Assembly (NCBI GenBank): GCA_964016885.1
Contig: OZ024758.1
Coordinates: 23,250,001-23,314,000 of the forward strand
From: Eledone cirrhosa
Taxonomy: Eukaryota
Direction: 5' to 3'
Length of the DNA: 64,000 bases
Position numbers and translations under genes: made by a program. The notes under the pieces were generated by a model. It was given only the letters and a program-made list of their open reading frames with translations, made no database searches and was not told the origin of the DNA. This document shows, piece by piece, positions 24,880 to 38,241 of this stretch (position 1 is its first letter; each line of letters begins with the position of its first letter).

Positions 24880-26020
24880 AACTTACCAGTGGTGACACAT
24901 GGTAACTACATCTTCAAAACCTACACAGACTATGTGAGGGTGGGTATCCACCAGGCTTCTGTCCTTATCCACCTCCTGTTTATTATAGTCCTCTAAGCCA
25001 TAAAAAAGAAGTTTAAAACTGACAGCCCATGGGAACTCCTGTATGCAAACAATCTAGTCCTCATAGTTGAATCTGCTGTGGAACTAGAGGAGAAATTCTA
25101 CACTTGGAAGAAAAACCTGGAGTCAAAAGGCCTTAATGTTAACTTAGCTAAGCCTAAAGTCCTGGTAAGTAGGAAAGATTACAGGGCTCTGATTCCATCA
25201 GGAAACTGGCCATGTTCAATATGCAAAAAAGGAGCTGGTAGATACTACATAAAGTGAACAAAATGTAAACCATTTGTACACAAGCAGTGTTGTGGCAGGC
25301 TAACAAAAAGCTTTGGCTATGTTTATGGAAGAAACAGAGAAGCAGTAAAGAGCAAATGCCCACATTAAATAGACTATCAAATGCTCTGAGAGCTCTTTAG
25401 AAGTGATTTAATTAGCAGTCAGGAAAGGTGTTCTGGAAGTACAGTAGCTAGAATGAGAATTGGTGGATTGGTGGAGGAAAGTTCAGGGAGCTACTACCTC
25501 TACTGACCACAAAGGGTTTCTACCTCTAAATGAAAGGCAGGTTGTATAATGCCTTAATGAGAACTGTGATGTTGCATAAGAACTGTAATGAGACGTGAGC
25601 CTTGAATACAGAGGCTCTGCAAAGATTGGAAAGAAATGTGGCAAGAATGCTCTGATGGATGTGTAATGTTAGTGAGCATGAGAGACAAAGCATAAAGGAA
25701 CTGTGAGAAAAACTGAACATAAGAGGGATTAGATGCAGTATACAAGAGAAGACTGCAATGATTTGGACATGTGATGTGTATGAAGAATGAGAGCTGCATA
25801 AAAAAAGTGTATGGCACTGAAGGTTGATGAAAACTGCAGAAGATGGAGGCCCAGAAAAACTTAGGATGATGTGGTCAAGGCTAGCTTTGCAAAGCTGAAC
25901 CTCACAAGTCAAAATTAGAATGTAGGAGCATGTCATGGTTCACCTGACTTGTCTAGGCTCAAAATGTGGTAACCCATCTAATCCATGCAGAATGAAAATA
26001 TATGTAAAACAGTAATGATG
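24880..26020 (+). mobile_element. Degenerate copy of the same RTE LINE family (more fragments at ~960-1120 and ~43300-43645)
   Basis: Nucleotide similarity to 19600-20650 (cccatgggaactcct, aaatgaaaggcaggttgta), with many stops. Confidence 0.8.
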
Positions 26021-26399
26021 GAGAATCGCTGGACAGATTTTACGAGCAAAACCAACTGGTAAGAGACTCAGGGGTAGACCCAGAGCAAGATGGTTGGATA
26101 ACATCCATGAGCTTGGCTGGTCTCGCTTGGGGATCCAGCTGGATCAGTTGGAGACGGTTGTTTCTGACAGTACCTGCTGGAAGGAGTGTTTGAGGACTCT
26201 GTCCCCACACAGCCTCTCGGGAATAAGTGGCTGAAGAAGAAGGTAATGATGATAACATACAATATATGGGTTACTAATTGTATATTTCAATAATTAATGT
26301 ACTTTAGTCTTTCTCATCCAAACCATGAAAGCATAGAACTAAAAGACCATAAAAAAGATGTTGTTGAATTCTTCTTCTTGTATGACATATGCACAATAG

Positions 26400-26760
26400 T
26401 TAGTGAGGAAGGTAGAGATTGGTGAGTTGGACCAAGGTGTCATTTGCAGTATTATGGATTGCCTCCAGGCTGCCATGAAAATGTCTGCGGCGGGGGGGAA
26501 ATCCTGAACAACATGCAGTACTGTTTAGTCGGGGTCCCCACAGTCACATGCTGGGCTGTCTTTCATTTTCCACCAAAATAGATGAATAGCTGTCATGGCA
26601 TGTGTTGTGTGGATCCAATTGAGGGACAGCCATTGCTTTGTGGGAAGGTCAAAGCAAGCTGGTTTAGATGTGGGGCCCTGGACAAGGTCTTGGTTGACAA
26701 ATGTTGGCAACTAAGGGTTGGGAAACTTAAACCATTGTCTACTAAATCAAGAAAGCGATT
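26400..26760 (-). pseudogene. Decayed LINE ORF2 C-terminus (zinc-knuckle region)
   Basis: WLSLNWI..WKMKDSPACDCGDPD*TVLHVV. Confidence 0.5.
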
Positions 26761-27814
26761 GAAGATACTTTACACCAAACAACCTGACATGCTGTCATTT
26801 AGGAGATAAGATAAGGTAATATTTTATAAAGAAATTCTAGCTGTTAATATAAACACATACACACAAGCATCGAATAAGGTAGAAATTTGTACTTTATATA
26901 TATATACACACACACACATATATATTTATTAAAATAACAGATTAAAGTTTAAGCAAAGAATCGCTGCTTTCACCCTTAACGAGATCTTATATATATATAT
27001 ATATAATATATAATTATTATTATTGTTATTTATATACATATATATATATATAATTAGTGGAATGGCAGTATCGGTAGAAAGTCAGACACCATGCTTTGCA
27101 GCATAGAGTTACGACCCTTTACAGTCTGAGTTCAAATCCTGCCAAGGTTGATTTTGCCTTCCATCCTTACGGGGTCGATAAAATAAAGTACCAGTAATGC
27201 ACTGGGTAATTGCTGGCCTTGTGCCAAAAGTAGAATTCATTATTACTATTATTATTTACATACCTGATTAGTTCTTTCGTTACTTTGGTATTGTATGGTT
27301 GGGCTTTGCCTACCGCAATTTTCAATTTGTCAAGCTATCTAAACGTATTACTCTAAGGACCTACCCTTATTGAGTGCTTTGCTACTCATTCCTTATTGTA
27401 GGTCAACTTTGCTTGGCCACAGCCAAAGCTTCGATTTTACTAAGCTCCCACTTACATATATATATATATATATATATACATGTGTGTGTGTAAAAGGTAA
27501 ACAGAAATAACAACACAATCAGTACAGTATATGGAAGGTATATATTAGGTTAACGCTTGATATAGCAGGAAGATATATATGAAAGAAGAGATAACATACC
27601 TATATCAACCTCAAGTCATAACAAACCAACGACCTGCAAGATACCTCCCCACCCCCCACCCCCACCTTGCAAAGCACAACCCCTACAATATTAAAATTAG
27701 CAGAACACATTGGCTAATGTAGTCTAAAGTCCACCATATCAGGATAAAAGACTGGATGGTTAAGTTGGAATACTTTTGAGATCAGCTCAAACAGGACTGA
27801 AAAATTGTTATAAA

Positions 27815-28085
27815 ACAACAAGGTCATAATATAGGACAGTTCAGTTACTTAACTTTGATAGCTTTTGGCCAGTACTGACCCAGCCCATGTCTAACTTAAT
27901 AGCAAGATAAGAGAAAAGTAAAAAGTTGTTATAAAACAAGGTCATAATATAGGATAGTTCAGTTACTTAACTTTGATAGCTTTTGGCCAGTACTGACCCA
28001 GCCCATGTCTAACTTAATAGCAAGATAAGAGAAAAGTAAAAAGTTGTTATAAAACAACAAGGTCATAATATAGGACATGTCAGTT
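27815..28085. repeat. ~120-bp local tandem duplication
   Basis: acaaggtcataatatagga..ttcagttacttaactttgatagc is repeated. Confidence 0.85.
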
Positions 28086-28648
28086 AGATAATAGAAAAGT
28101 ACTAATATAAATACATATGTACACAAACCTTTAGTAATTAGGAACTTTGTGCTTAATGTTATCTGATTTGTAAGTATTGTATATTATATTCATTTAACCC
28201 TTTAGTTACCAGCCTGGCCAAAACCAGATGTGGTTCTATGAAATAAATCCACCTATTTTAAAGGTTTCCAATTTAAATTAAAATCTTCCAACATAATTTT
28301 ATATAAGAAATATGTGTTAAGTTAATATCTTAGTAATGAAATAATTAATAATTTTAGTAAATCCCTCAAAACTATTCATGAATTAATTAAAATAGAGTGT
28401 ATTTCATTAGAAATGTGGTCATGAAAGTGTTAAACAAGAGACTAAAATCTTAGTCATGTACACACAGACAGACAGACAGACACACAAACACATATATAGT
28501 TAATAAATGAAACAAACAAAACACAGGAGGTAATTTTTACAGTTATATTAGGTTCATGCATGGTGGAAGTGGAGGAGGTTTAAATGTTTCGGACAGAAGT
28601 CCTTCTTCAAGAAAATTTGGATAAGGAGAGAACAACTACATGTAAGAG

Positions 28649-28687
<39 letters not shown>

Positions 28688-30263
28688 ATTTACATATACA
28701 TAAAGTCATAGATATATATGTGGCAACTGGTCACGTTGTGGCTCAATGAAGAATTAATAAATTAAATAATCAGAGCAATATATCATAAATCATGTCCTTA
28801 GAATTATTAGATAAAATATATACCATTTCCTCTCCCAATTAGCATAATTAACCATATAAAAAATCAATTAGACCAGGCTATAAGAATAAAGGCTCCTTTG
28901 AAGAAATTTTCGACAAATAACCGAAAGCGGCCTCTTCGCGGTGACCCCGATAGAGTATTAATCCAACATTTCAACAGCATGTAGAAACTGACTAAATATA
29001 CCGTCAACCATACACAATTAGGTGTAAATTTAAACTTAGAAGAAACGTGTACATACCGTAATTTTTTATTCTTATAGCCTGGTCTAATTGATTTTTTATA
29101 TGGTTAATTATGCTAATTGGGAGAGGAAATGGTATATATTTTATCTAATAATTCTAAGGACATGATTTATGATATATATATATATATATATCCAAAATTA
29201 AATTAAGGGTGTTATGTCTGAGAATATGTAGAAAATGCTCAAAAATTCCAATGAATAGATCCGAGCATTTTATATCAACTAGAAATTGATTGACATATAT
29301 ATATCTAAAATAAACACATGAAACAATCACAGGGGATAATTTGTAAAGTGTGTAAGCACACACAGCTAGGTAGGTAACTAATTAAAGTTTAACTAGAACT
29401 TCAAATCTAGATACCTTTTAAAATGATTAATCTTCATTGTATATATTTCATTAAAGAAATATATTTCCCCATCAATTGATCAGTAAATCACGATAGTCAA
29501 ATCCCGGATTTCAACAGGGGAGAAGATTTAACTATCTGTGTTTACACAGCAAATGTAAATCTGCAAATGACTAGTATTGAATGGATTATCGACAACTAGA
29601 AATCGCAGCCGAGTCCTTTCAACTGAGTTAGCTCTACAATTAAGGGGCCATATATATATCCAAAATTAAATTAAGGGTATCATGTCCTAGAGACATGCGC
29701 CATATCCACTGTAGAATATGCTAAAAAATTCCTATGAATAGATCCAAGAATTTTATATCAACTAGAAAATCCGGGATTTGACTACCGTGGTTTACCAATC
29801 AATTGATGGTGAAATATATTTCTTTAATGAAATATATACAAGGAATATTAATAATTTTAAAAGGTATCTATATTTAAAGTTCTAGTTAAACTTTAATTAG
29901 TTACCTACCTAGCTGTGTGTGCTTACACACTTTACAAATTATTCCCTGTGATTGTTTCATATGTTTATTTTAGATATATATATATGTCAATCAATTTCTA
30001 GTTGATATATAAATATACATTTATATAATTGAAGAAAGTTGGTTGATTGAAAATCTGTCGACTTTTTCTTAACAGATATAAAGCATTCCACGGTTTTTGT
30101 TCATTCAGAGTTTTATTTAAAAAAACGGTTGGGTACTTCTCGAGTTTTAGGGAAACAGACACACAGACAGACATCCTCTGTTTTATATATATAGATAATA
30201 AACAAGAAAGATGGTTTTATTTGTACATCCCTATTTATTTTGTTTATACATATATGTATGTAT

Positions 30264-30661
30264 GGAGGCACATGGCTTAGTGGTTAGAGCATTGGCCTTG
30301 CAATCGAAAGATTGTGAGTTCAATTCTCAGACCGGGTGATGTGTTGTTTCCTTGAGCAAGACACTTTATTTCACATTGCTCCAGTTTACTCAGCTGTAGA
30401 AATGAGATGATAGGGACTGGGGTCCCTATCATTCCACTGCAAAGTGGTCGTGGAGGTGCCATGGCAAAAAAGCGCCCAGTCCACACTGTAAAGTGGACGT
30501 GTAGGCACCACGGAAAAAAAAAAGCACCCAGCACTCACTGTAAATGAGGTTGGTGTTAGGAAGGGCATCCAGCTGTAGAAATCAAGCCAGAATCAGTTCC
30601 CATCCCACCCTTGCAAGCAGGGAAAAAGCGGACGTAAAATGAAATGATGATGAATGATGAT
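30264..30661 (+). mobile_element. tRNA-derived SINE family B with a CORE-like middle and an RTE-derived tail (also 10551-11390 +, 13256-13563 -, 13830-14160 -, 41380-41577 -)
   Basis: tggcttagtggttag / gagttcaattc boxes; ccttgagcaagacacttt; tail gttaggaagggcatccagc..ggacgt..(gat)n shared with the RTE 3' end at 20870-21035. Confidence 0.85.
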
Positions 30662-31610
30662 TAAGTAAAGGCTTTTACTCATATAATATCGAATCTATGA
30701 GATTTTGATGTTATTTAATTTGAGAATAATACCTTAATGTAGGCATGAGCGGCCAGTTACAGCCAGTTTGAACAGAAAGAGGTGTGAGATTTCAGGCCTG
30801 ATATGGCCGGTTTAACCCTTTAGCATTTACATTATTCTATATATACTATTGTATTTTCGCGGTAAAGGCTTTATCTCACATAATATTGAATATATGAGAT
30901 TTTGATATCAATACCTTAACACAAGTATGAGTGGCCAGTTTGAACTAAAAGAGGTGAGAGAATTCTGGCCGAATATGGCTGGTTTAAATGCTAAAGGGTT
31001 AAGAGAATGTTGGATAATATGCTGAGTGGTATTTGTTCTGTCTCTCTGTGCTCTGAGTTCAAATCCCACTGAGGTAAATTTTGCCTTTCATACCTTTGAG
31101 GTTGATAAATGAAATATCAGTCCACGGCAGAAGATTGACAGAAATTATTTATTGGAGCAGGAAATACCCAAATTTGATTACCTTTTGAAACTACAAGCCT
31201 TTCATCTCATCATTAATACCACCTGAAAAAGTATAAAAATCTCAACTTCTGATTTCTCCCCTCCAATATATTGGAAATGGTAAAACTGTATCAACGGTTT
31301 AAATACTAAAGGGTTAAAAATGATTCATCAACAAAATCTATAAGGACTTTTCAACTTCCAACACCTCAGTATACTGTAATATTACTGATGGTAAGAATGA
31401 CAATAGTGCTGAAATACATTTATAATGCTCTTACATAGAAACTGAGGTAGCTGTGACATGACCACAGCTTAAAGCACTCAGTGAAACTTGTGTATGTTTA
31501 TCATACATAACCATATTGTTTGTATATATGGGTTCATATATGCCTCCACACTCTACCACAATGTGTTAATGCTACAGCTGATATATGTGTGTGTGTGTGT
31601 TTGTACACAT

Positions 31611-31645
<35 letters not shown>

Positions 31646-33452
31646 CTATTTATTAAAAAAAACACCAAAGGATCGATGCATTTTCAAATTAACACGTTTC
31701 AGTTGAGGTTGTATAGTTACAGACGAGAGAGAGAGAGAGTCCAACACTTTACCACCTGAAGTTGCCCCTAGTTCTATGTTACAAAACTTTGTTTTAAAAT
31801 GTTTATCATCATCATCATCACCAGTGTTTAACATTGATTTTGCATGCTTGCATAGGTTAGACAGGTTGTTACATGCTGTGGTTAGACGGGTCAGGTGATA
31901 ATATCCTGCTCGTCTGCTGTTTCAGCTTGGTTTTTACTGCTGGATGGCCTTCCTAATGCCTATCACTTTACAGCATGTACTGGGAGCATTTTATTGTGAC
32001 TCCAACACTTCCACCTTACAGGGTGGACTGGGTGCTTTTCATTGTGGCATTAACGCAAAGAGAGTCTAATACAATTGAAAAAGTAAATCCTAATTATTAA
32101 AGTGAAATGGATCGGCAGTATCGGTAGAGCGTCAGACACCATGCTTTTCAGCATAGAGTTATGGCCTTTTGCGTTATGAGTTCAAATCCCGCCCAGGTTA
32201 AGTTTGCCTTTCATCCTTACGGGGGGTCGATAAAATAAAGTACCAGGTATGCACTGGGATAATTGCTGCACTTGTGCCAAGTAGAAACAATTATTACGCA
32301 TGAATGCAAAATGTAGACCCTACAATTAAAGCAGGATAAACATCAAGACAGAAATGATAAGCCCACGATGTGGGTGAGTAACGATGAATATCATTAGAAA
32401 ATTCTTCCATGTTGTAAAAGGCTTTTTTCTGTACAAACTTGTATTTAAACAATGTGTAGTACTACATTATCCAATACGTATTTCTCAAACAGCGGAGTGT
32501 GATTTGGAAGAAATGTGGCTGCTATTTTTAGCAAATCGAGCGACCACTCAGGTACGCGTAAACAAAGCACCTTAAGAATAAACCGGCTCGTTAGATAATG
32601 AGATTCTGGGTTCTTTATACATAGGGACAAGACAAGACGACCAAACCTGGAATACCTTTGATAAGACATAGGGCTAAAACAATAAAAACTATATAGAGCA
32701 GGGTTTCCCAAACTTTTTCAAACCCCGAACCCTTGTTGGTTCAGAAACTTTTGTGGGAACCCTAAAGTCTAATACTATTATATGGTCATAATATAAATAT
32801 ACTCCTCCCGGAACCTAGACACTACTTTTGGAAACCAGACTTTCTCAGTTTGATTTTTACTTTATCTAGACATCGTAAGGTAAAATAATAAACTAATAAT
32901 TTATAACAGTTCAATTACGAAAATAATTTATTTCAGTTCCTTTTATTTTGTTTTAAAGTAAAATAAATCAAACCATTCTAAAACATTAGAGCTTTCTTCT
33001 CATTTTTAGAACTTTTATGTTCTATCTCTTTGCTTGAAGTTAATGGCAATAATAACCTCGCTCTTTCGAGATGTCGCTACACTATCAGTAAGAAGGACAT
33101 TATGTATATATGTATATATGTCTCTATCTCTCCAATATCCCTTTAGGAATAATGTTGCTTGTTATTTATAATAACCGATTGTTGTGAATAGTTATGTAGA
33201 AATTTATAGTAACCTATATATAATACACCTACTATCAAAAATGTTTGTTCTTTAATAACATATAAGCGTATATAATATAAAACGCCTACTTTTGAATCTA
33301 CAATGACCCCCACTGGATATATAAACATCTACAACTTTATATATTGGATATCGGTGATAGTCATAAAACACCAAATAGTTCAAAATGAATAATACAAATA
33401 TATACAATAAAAAAATTAAAAAAAGAATTACAAGTAACAAGTTATTTCTTAC

Positions 33453-33517
33453 CTGCTATAAGATACTATTGACCTAATCTTCGGCGAAAAAACTAAATTT
33501 CGAATCATTTTAGACAT
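33453..33517 (-). CDS. ECI2: ECI2 coding exon 1 (MSKMIRNLVFSPKIRSIVSYS-), putative mitochondrial presequence
   Basis: ATG at 33517, 65 nt, donor AG|gtaaga. Phase 2 fits exon 2. Peptide is R/K/S-rich with no acidic residues. Confidence 0.75.
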
Positions 33518-33626
33518 TGAACGGTGTATCGTTACAGACGGGAATCCAACATAGAGTAAATATCAAGGAAAAGTAACTCTTAAGTAACTCTGTCTAATTT
33601 GACGTCTGCTTATATAAACAGTGTAT

Positions 33627-33959
33627 CAGACCTGTCACCTCTCCCACCCACTATTACTTGTTGTTGCGAATCTCTAATAATTCTCAATATCTCAGACGTG
33701 TCGACTCTCCCCGTCCGACACGGGGTGGATGATCCCACCCACATCTGTGGGTGGATGAGAGGTGTCTTCTCTTGTGAAAATGGGTATAGCTTTCATTGCG
33801 GGGTCGATAAAATAAAGTACCAGTAATGATTGCTGGCCTTGTGCCTAAAATAGAAACAATTATGTAAAATCTCCTCCCTTTCGCCTCATTTCTTCTCGTT
33901 TGGGGGCACTTTTTTTTCATGGTACTCCCCGTTTGGGTTTTTAGAGATTGGTAGGTCTG
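33627..33959. mobile_element. MITE with cagacctg..caactctc / gagattggtaggtctg ends (copies at ~41107-41297 and ~48175-48350); this copy carries a SINE fragment
   Basis: Terminal inverted repeats and a shared interior tcttctcttgtgaaaatgggtatagctttcattatgtaaaatctcc. Confidence 0.7.
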
Positions 33960-35958
33960 ATATTTTTGGTTGTTATTTTAATTTTTAAGTACACGAGACT
34001 CATAGAGCGACATAAACAATTAAACACGGACTAGATGTTATAAAATATTAAAAATTCGTAGAATGAAATAGTCTTGTTTCGTCAGTGGAAATAACGGAAA
34101 TCATTGTTAGGCAAAATACCCTTTTTATAAATAGGTTAAGTAATTAATTGTTTCTACTTTAGGCACAAGGCCAGCAATTACCCAGTGCATTACTGGTACT
34201 TTATTTTATCGACCCCGTAAGGATGAAAGGCAAAGTCAACCTCGGCGGGATTTTAACTCAGATCGTAAAGGGACGCAACTATGCTGGAAAGCATGGTGTC
34301 TGACCCTCTACCGATACTGCCAATCCACCGCCCTTAATGATAATAATAATAATAATAATTGTTTCTACTTTTGGCACAAGGCCAGCAATTTCCCAGTGTA
34401 TTACTGGTACTTTATTTTATCGACCCCGTAAGGATGAAAGGCAAAGTTAACCTCGGCGGGATTTGAACTCAGAATGGCAAGGGCCGTAACTCTATGCGTC
34501 AAAGCATGGCGTCCGACCCTCTACCGATACTAATGATTTCTTTATTGGCCACAAGGGCTGACATCAAGAAAAACATTACAGACGGCACAAGACGGTATGA
34601 TGTGGGTTTTGTGCGTGTAAAGATTTTATTGGCAGTATCGGTAGAGGGTCGGACGCCATGCTTTGCAGCCCTTTATGATCTGAGTTCAAATCCCGCCGAG
34701 GTTAACTTTGCCTTTCATCCTTACGGGGTCGATAAAATGAAGTACCAGTAATGTACTGGGTAATTGCTGGCCTTGTGCCAAAAGTAGAAACAATTATTTA
34801 TATAAGAAAAGAAAAAAAGACATAGAAACATATATATATATATAAACAATAAAAATGAAAATTGAAACAATTAAAAATTCCCCAATAGGGGGGGGGGAAC
34901 CTCCGAGGATTATTCGTGGCGAAAACCACACAAAAGACCACGGCTACCCTGACCACCAGGGCAAGCGTCCTCTCTCAATTTTTCCATTTCTCAAACTACA
35001 GGCGTATATTCTGAGCGGTCCCCTTCACTCGGACCATTCTCGCTACATTCACCCACCTTTCAACAAACTTGCTAGAAGGCAGCACTTGCCTCTCCACCCT
35101 GATTTTCCTCTTCAAGTGAAATTGGAATGTTTCCAGGCGCTCACTGCCCTCTGCCAGCTGGGCACCAGTATCGGTGGAACATCCACCTCGGCGTTCTATA
35201 GAGGACTAGTGGAGGGGAAGAGCGACAACGTTCTCGGAGAGATCCTGGGCGTCGAAGAAAATCAGCTGTTTGCTCTCTTCCGGAGAACTTTCAGCCCAGG
35301 GCCTATGGATAACTTCCAAAAATCCCTGGCCTGGCAATGCTACCGGGGAGCATTGCCGGTTCGAGATAAGCTCTACAGGCACGGAAGTGCCGTCAGCCGA
35401 GCCTGTCCGAGATGCGCGCAAAGCGACGAAACCGTCGTGCACACATTCGTTCAGTGCCCGAGCATTGTTGACTTGTGGAGCTATGTCGAACAGTTGCTGT
35501 CGCGTGTAGGACTAATCCGGTTATCGACTGAGTCCATTGTGCAGATGGTCTCGCCGTCTTCCTTCGAGGAGGAAGGGCAGGCGGTTTTCATCTGCCTGGT
35601 GGCTATGGCGAAAGAGATTGTGTGGTGGACAAGGTTGAAAGGGTTAAAGACAGACACTTTCCTCTTTCCCTAATTAACTTTTTCAAGTTTCACTTGAAGA
35701 AGAAAATCAAGGTGGAGAGGCAAGTGCTGCCTTCTAGCAAGTTTGTTGAAAGGTGGGTGAATGTAGCGAGAATGGTCCGAGTGAAGGGGACCGCTCTGAA
35801 TATACGCCTGTAGTTTGAGAAATGGAAAAATTGAGAGAGGGCGCTTGCCCGGGTGGTCAAGGTGGCCGTGGTCTTTTGTGTGGTTTTCGCCACGAGTAAC
35901 CCTCGGAAGTTTCCCCCCTATTGGGGAATTTTTAATTGTTTCAATTTTCATTTTTATT

Positions 35959-36020
<62 letters not shown>

Positions 36021-37221
36021 ATAATAATAAAATTGAAGACTAAATCCAGAGAGGGCTCGATAAGGAAAATATATATCAAATATATAAGAACCGAAGAGCA
36101 AATATTTATTAAAATAACAGATTAAAGTTTAAGCAAAGAATCGCTGCTTTCACCCTTAACGGGATCCTCTGAAACTAACAAAGTCAATCTGTAAACGCAG
36201 AACTGGATATTTCAAAAAACGTTGCAACCGGAGGAAGACAGGAAGACGATACTTTGGTTCATGGTGACGTTCGCTGGCAAAGAACGGGAAAAAACGAATA
36301 ATACGTCATTAATAGGAGTTCAAATCCCGCCGAGGTTGACTTTGCCTTTCATCCTTACGGGGTCGATAAAATAAAGTACCAGTAATGCACTGGGTAATTG
36401 CTGGCCTTGTGCCTAAAGTAGAAACAATTAATAGGAGCGGTGAAAAACAATTACGTGCAAGGACAGAACCACGTTTATGGTATAAAAGAGGTTGTAGACT
36501 AATGTTCTCTAAGTGGGGGATAGAGACGTTCTCTGGCAATGAACGAAAAAACGAAGATAATAAGTCATATATGGAGCGTGGAGAACAATAGCGTGCAAAG
36601 ACAAAACCACGTAAATGGTATAGCAGAAGTCGTAGACTAAAATTCTAACTAGGAGACCGAATGAATCTCCGCTACAGAGTTAAGAACAAAGTAAATAAAT
36701 ACAGTACAAAAGTAATAGGAACAAATAAATACATACACGCCAACAGAAACGTACATACACAAGCATACGCAAAACCTTACCATAGGTATACAAAACCACG
36801 CACATATAAATATGTGTATGTGTGTATGCTTGTGTACAAATAAATAAATAATTATATAAACGTATATAAGTAAATAAATACGTATATAACAAGCGCACAC
36901 ACATACCTACAAATAAATACATGAAGGTTCGGAGACGTAAGTCAACTAAAACAAGAAGTACACATATACACACACCCACCATACGTACGAACCTGCATAC
37001 TCACGCAGACGCAAAACTCCCATATACACATAACCAAGCCCTAAATACCAGAATATGTAAAAATTATACGCCAAAACAGTCAAATATACGTACGAGAAGG
37101 TATACATACCTTCACAAAACATACGGGTAATATATACTTACCTATGCAAATAAGTAAAGGAATAAACAAAACATATACTTAGCTCCCACATCAAGACGTA
37201 AATATCCACGTATAGATCGTG

Positions 37222-38241
37222 CTATCCGTTAGGGTATAACGTAGGGCTGTAATACAGGAAAGTTTTGTGCAATTTATGTTTACAAGCCGAAATTGCCTCA
37301 GATTTTTTGTTTAAGATGTGGTCTGTGGCGTAGAGTATTTCCAGGGCCTCAGCGGCGCAGAGGTCACATGGTCTTTTATTTCCGTTATACGATCTAGCCC
37401 TAGCTAGGATCTCCCAGTGTAACTTATATTGGGTGTGGTTGTCTTTTAGACTCCAGATATAAGCTGAAAGTGACGTCATATTCTTTCTTAGAGGGTAACG
37501 AAAAGAATGGGTATGCATGTAAAGACGCTGCTTGAAACTATTGGCGGTTAACCCTATGTAGGCCCTACGGGACGTGGGTGTTACAACCTTACATTTGTAG
37601 ACAATGTTACTAGAGAGGCATTTCCCGGATAGGGGACAATCAGCCCGATTCCTACAATTACAGTTAGTACTAACTACAGGGTTGCACGTGTTCCTACGGC
37701 TAGGTATTTTAGCTAAATTTGAAGCTGTGATGTTATGTGCAAGGTTAGGAGTCGTTGAGTAAGAAATTTTAATAGTGTTTCTATTAAAAATTTTACTATA
37801 TTTATGTGTAGGGGGAAAATGCTTCGTAATAAGGGAAAGAAAGATCTTAGCTAATGGTGTGGCCACCTCCATATTATATGGTGGGTTAAACCAACAAATG
37901 CGACGGGATCTATTTCTTCTAGGTCTATTCTCGTACTCTGTATATGCTACCTTATCGACAAATCCACTTCGAGCAAGAGCTTCATTGTAATAAGTGGAAT
38001 GGTCGTTGAAAATGCGCTCGTTGGTGGAAAGACGGGAAAGCCTCAACGAAACGTTTCTTACCAGGTTCTTGGTTATGCTGGCAGGATGGTTGGAATGCTT
38101 ACTTATGTAATTAAGCGTATCATTCGGCTTTCTATACGGGTAATGCAACCCATTCAATAAATTGAGGGTAACATCGAGGTAATTAACGACCGAGAGATTG
38201 GCCTCAACCTGTATAGAGAGGTTGAAGCCTTTAAAGAAGGC
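37222..38241 (-). CDS. PLE polyprotein C-terminal part: RT end/thumb, Cys-rich linker, GIY-YIG endonuclease (5'-truncated, frame open)
   Basis: The frame stays open upstream of the ORF-track start (..VVNYLDVTLNL..YRKP). Motifs WFNPPY, CNCRNRADCPLSGKC, IVYKCKV..AYIGLT..FKQR..H, CDLC..E. Confidence 0.9.
   Translation of the reverse strand, partial: AFFKGFNLSIQVEANLSVVNYLDVTLNLLNGLHYPYRKPNDTLNYISKHSNHPASITKNLVRNVSLRLSRLSTNERIFNDHSTYYNEALARSGFVDKVAYTEYENRPRRNRSRRICWFNPPYNMEVATPLAKIFLSLITKHFPPTHKYSKIFNRNTIKISYSTTPNLAHNITASNLAKIPSRRNTCNPVVSTNCNCRNRADCPLSGKCLSSNIVYKCKVVTPTSRRAYIGLTANSFKQRLYMHTHSFRYPLRKNMTSLSAYIWSLKDNHTQYKLHWEILARARSYNGNKRPCDLCAAEALEILYATDHILNKKSEAISACKHKLHKTFLYYSPTLYPNG

Noticed and set aside
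30264-30340. tRNA gene
   Set aside because: A and B boxes are present, but this is the head of a multi-copy SINE and I could not see a complete cloverleaf.
34855-35123. N-terminal part of the 272-aa ORF
   Set aside because: It is the antisense reading of the inverted LINE 3' end, fused by chance to the real LINE frame starting ~35124.
36649-37130. ORFs duplicated at 38334-38667
   Set aside because: Low-complexity PLE 3' UTR seen twice because of the inverted arms.
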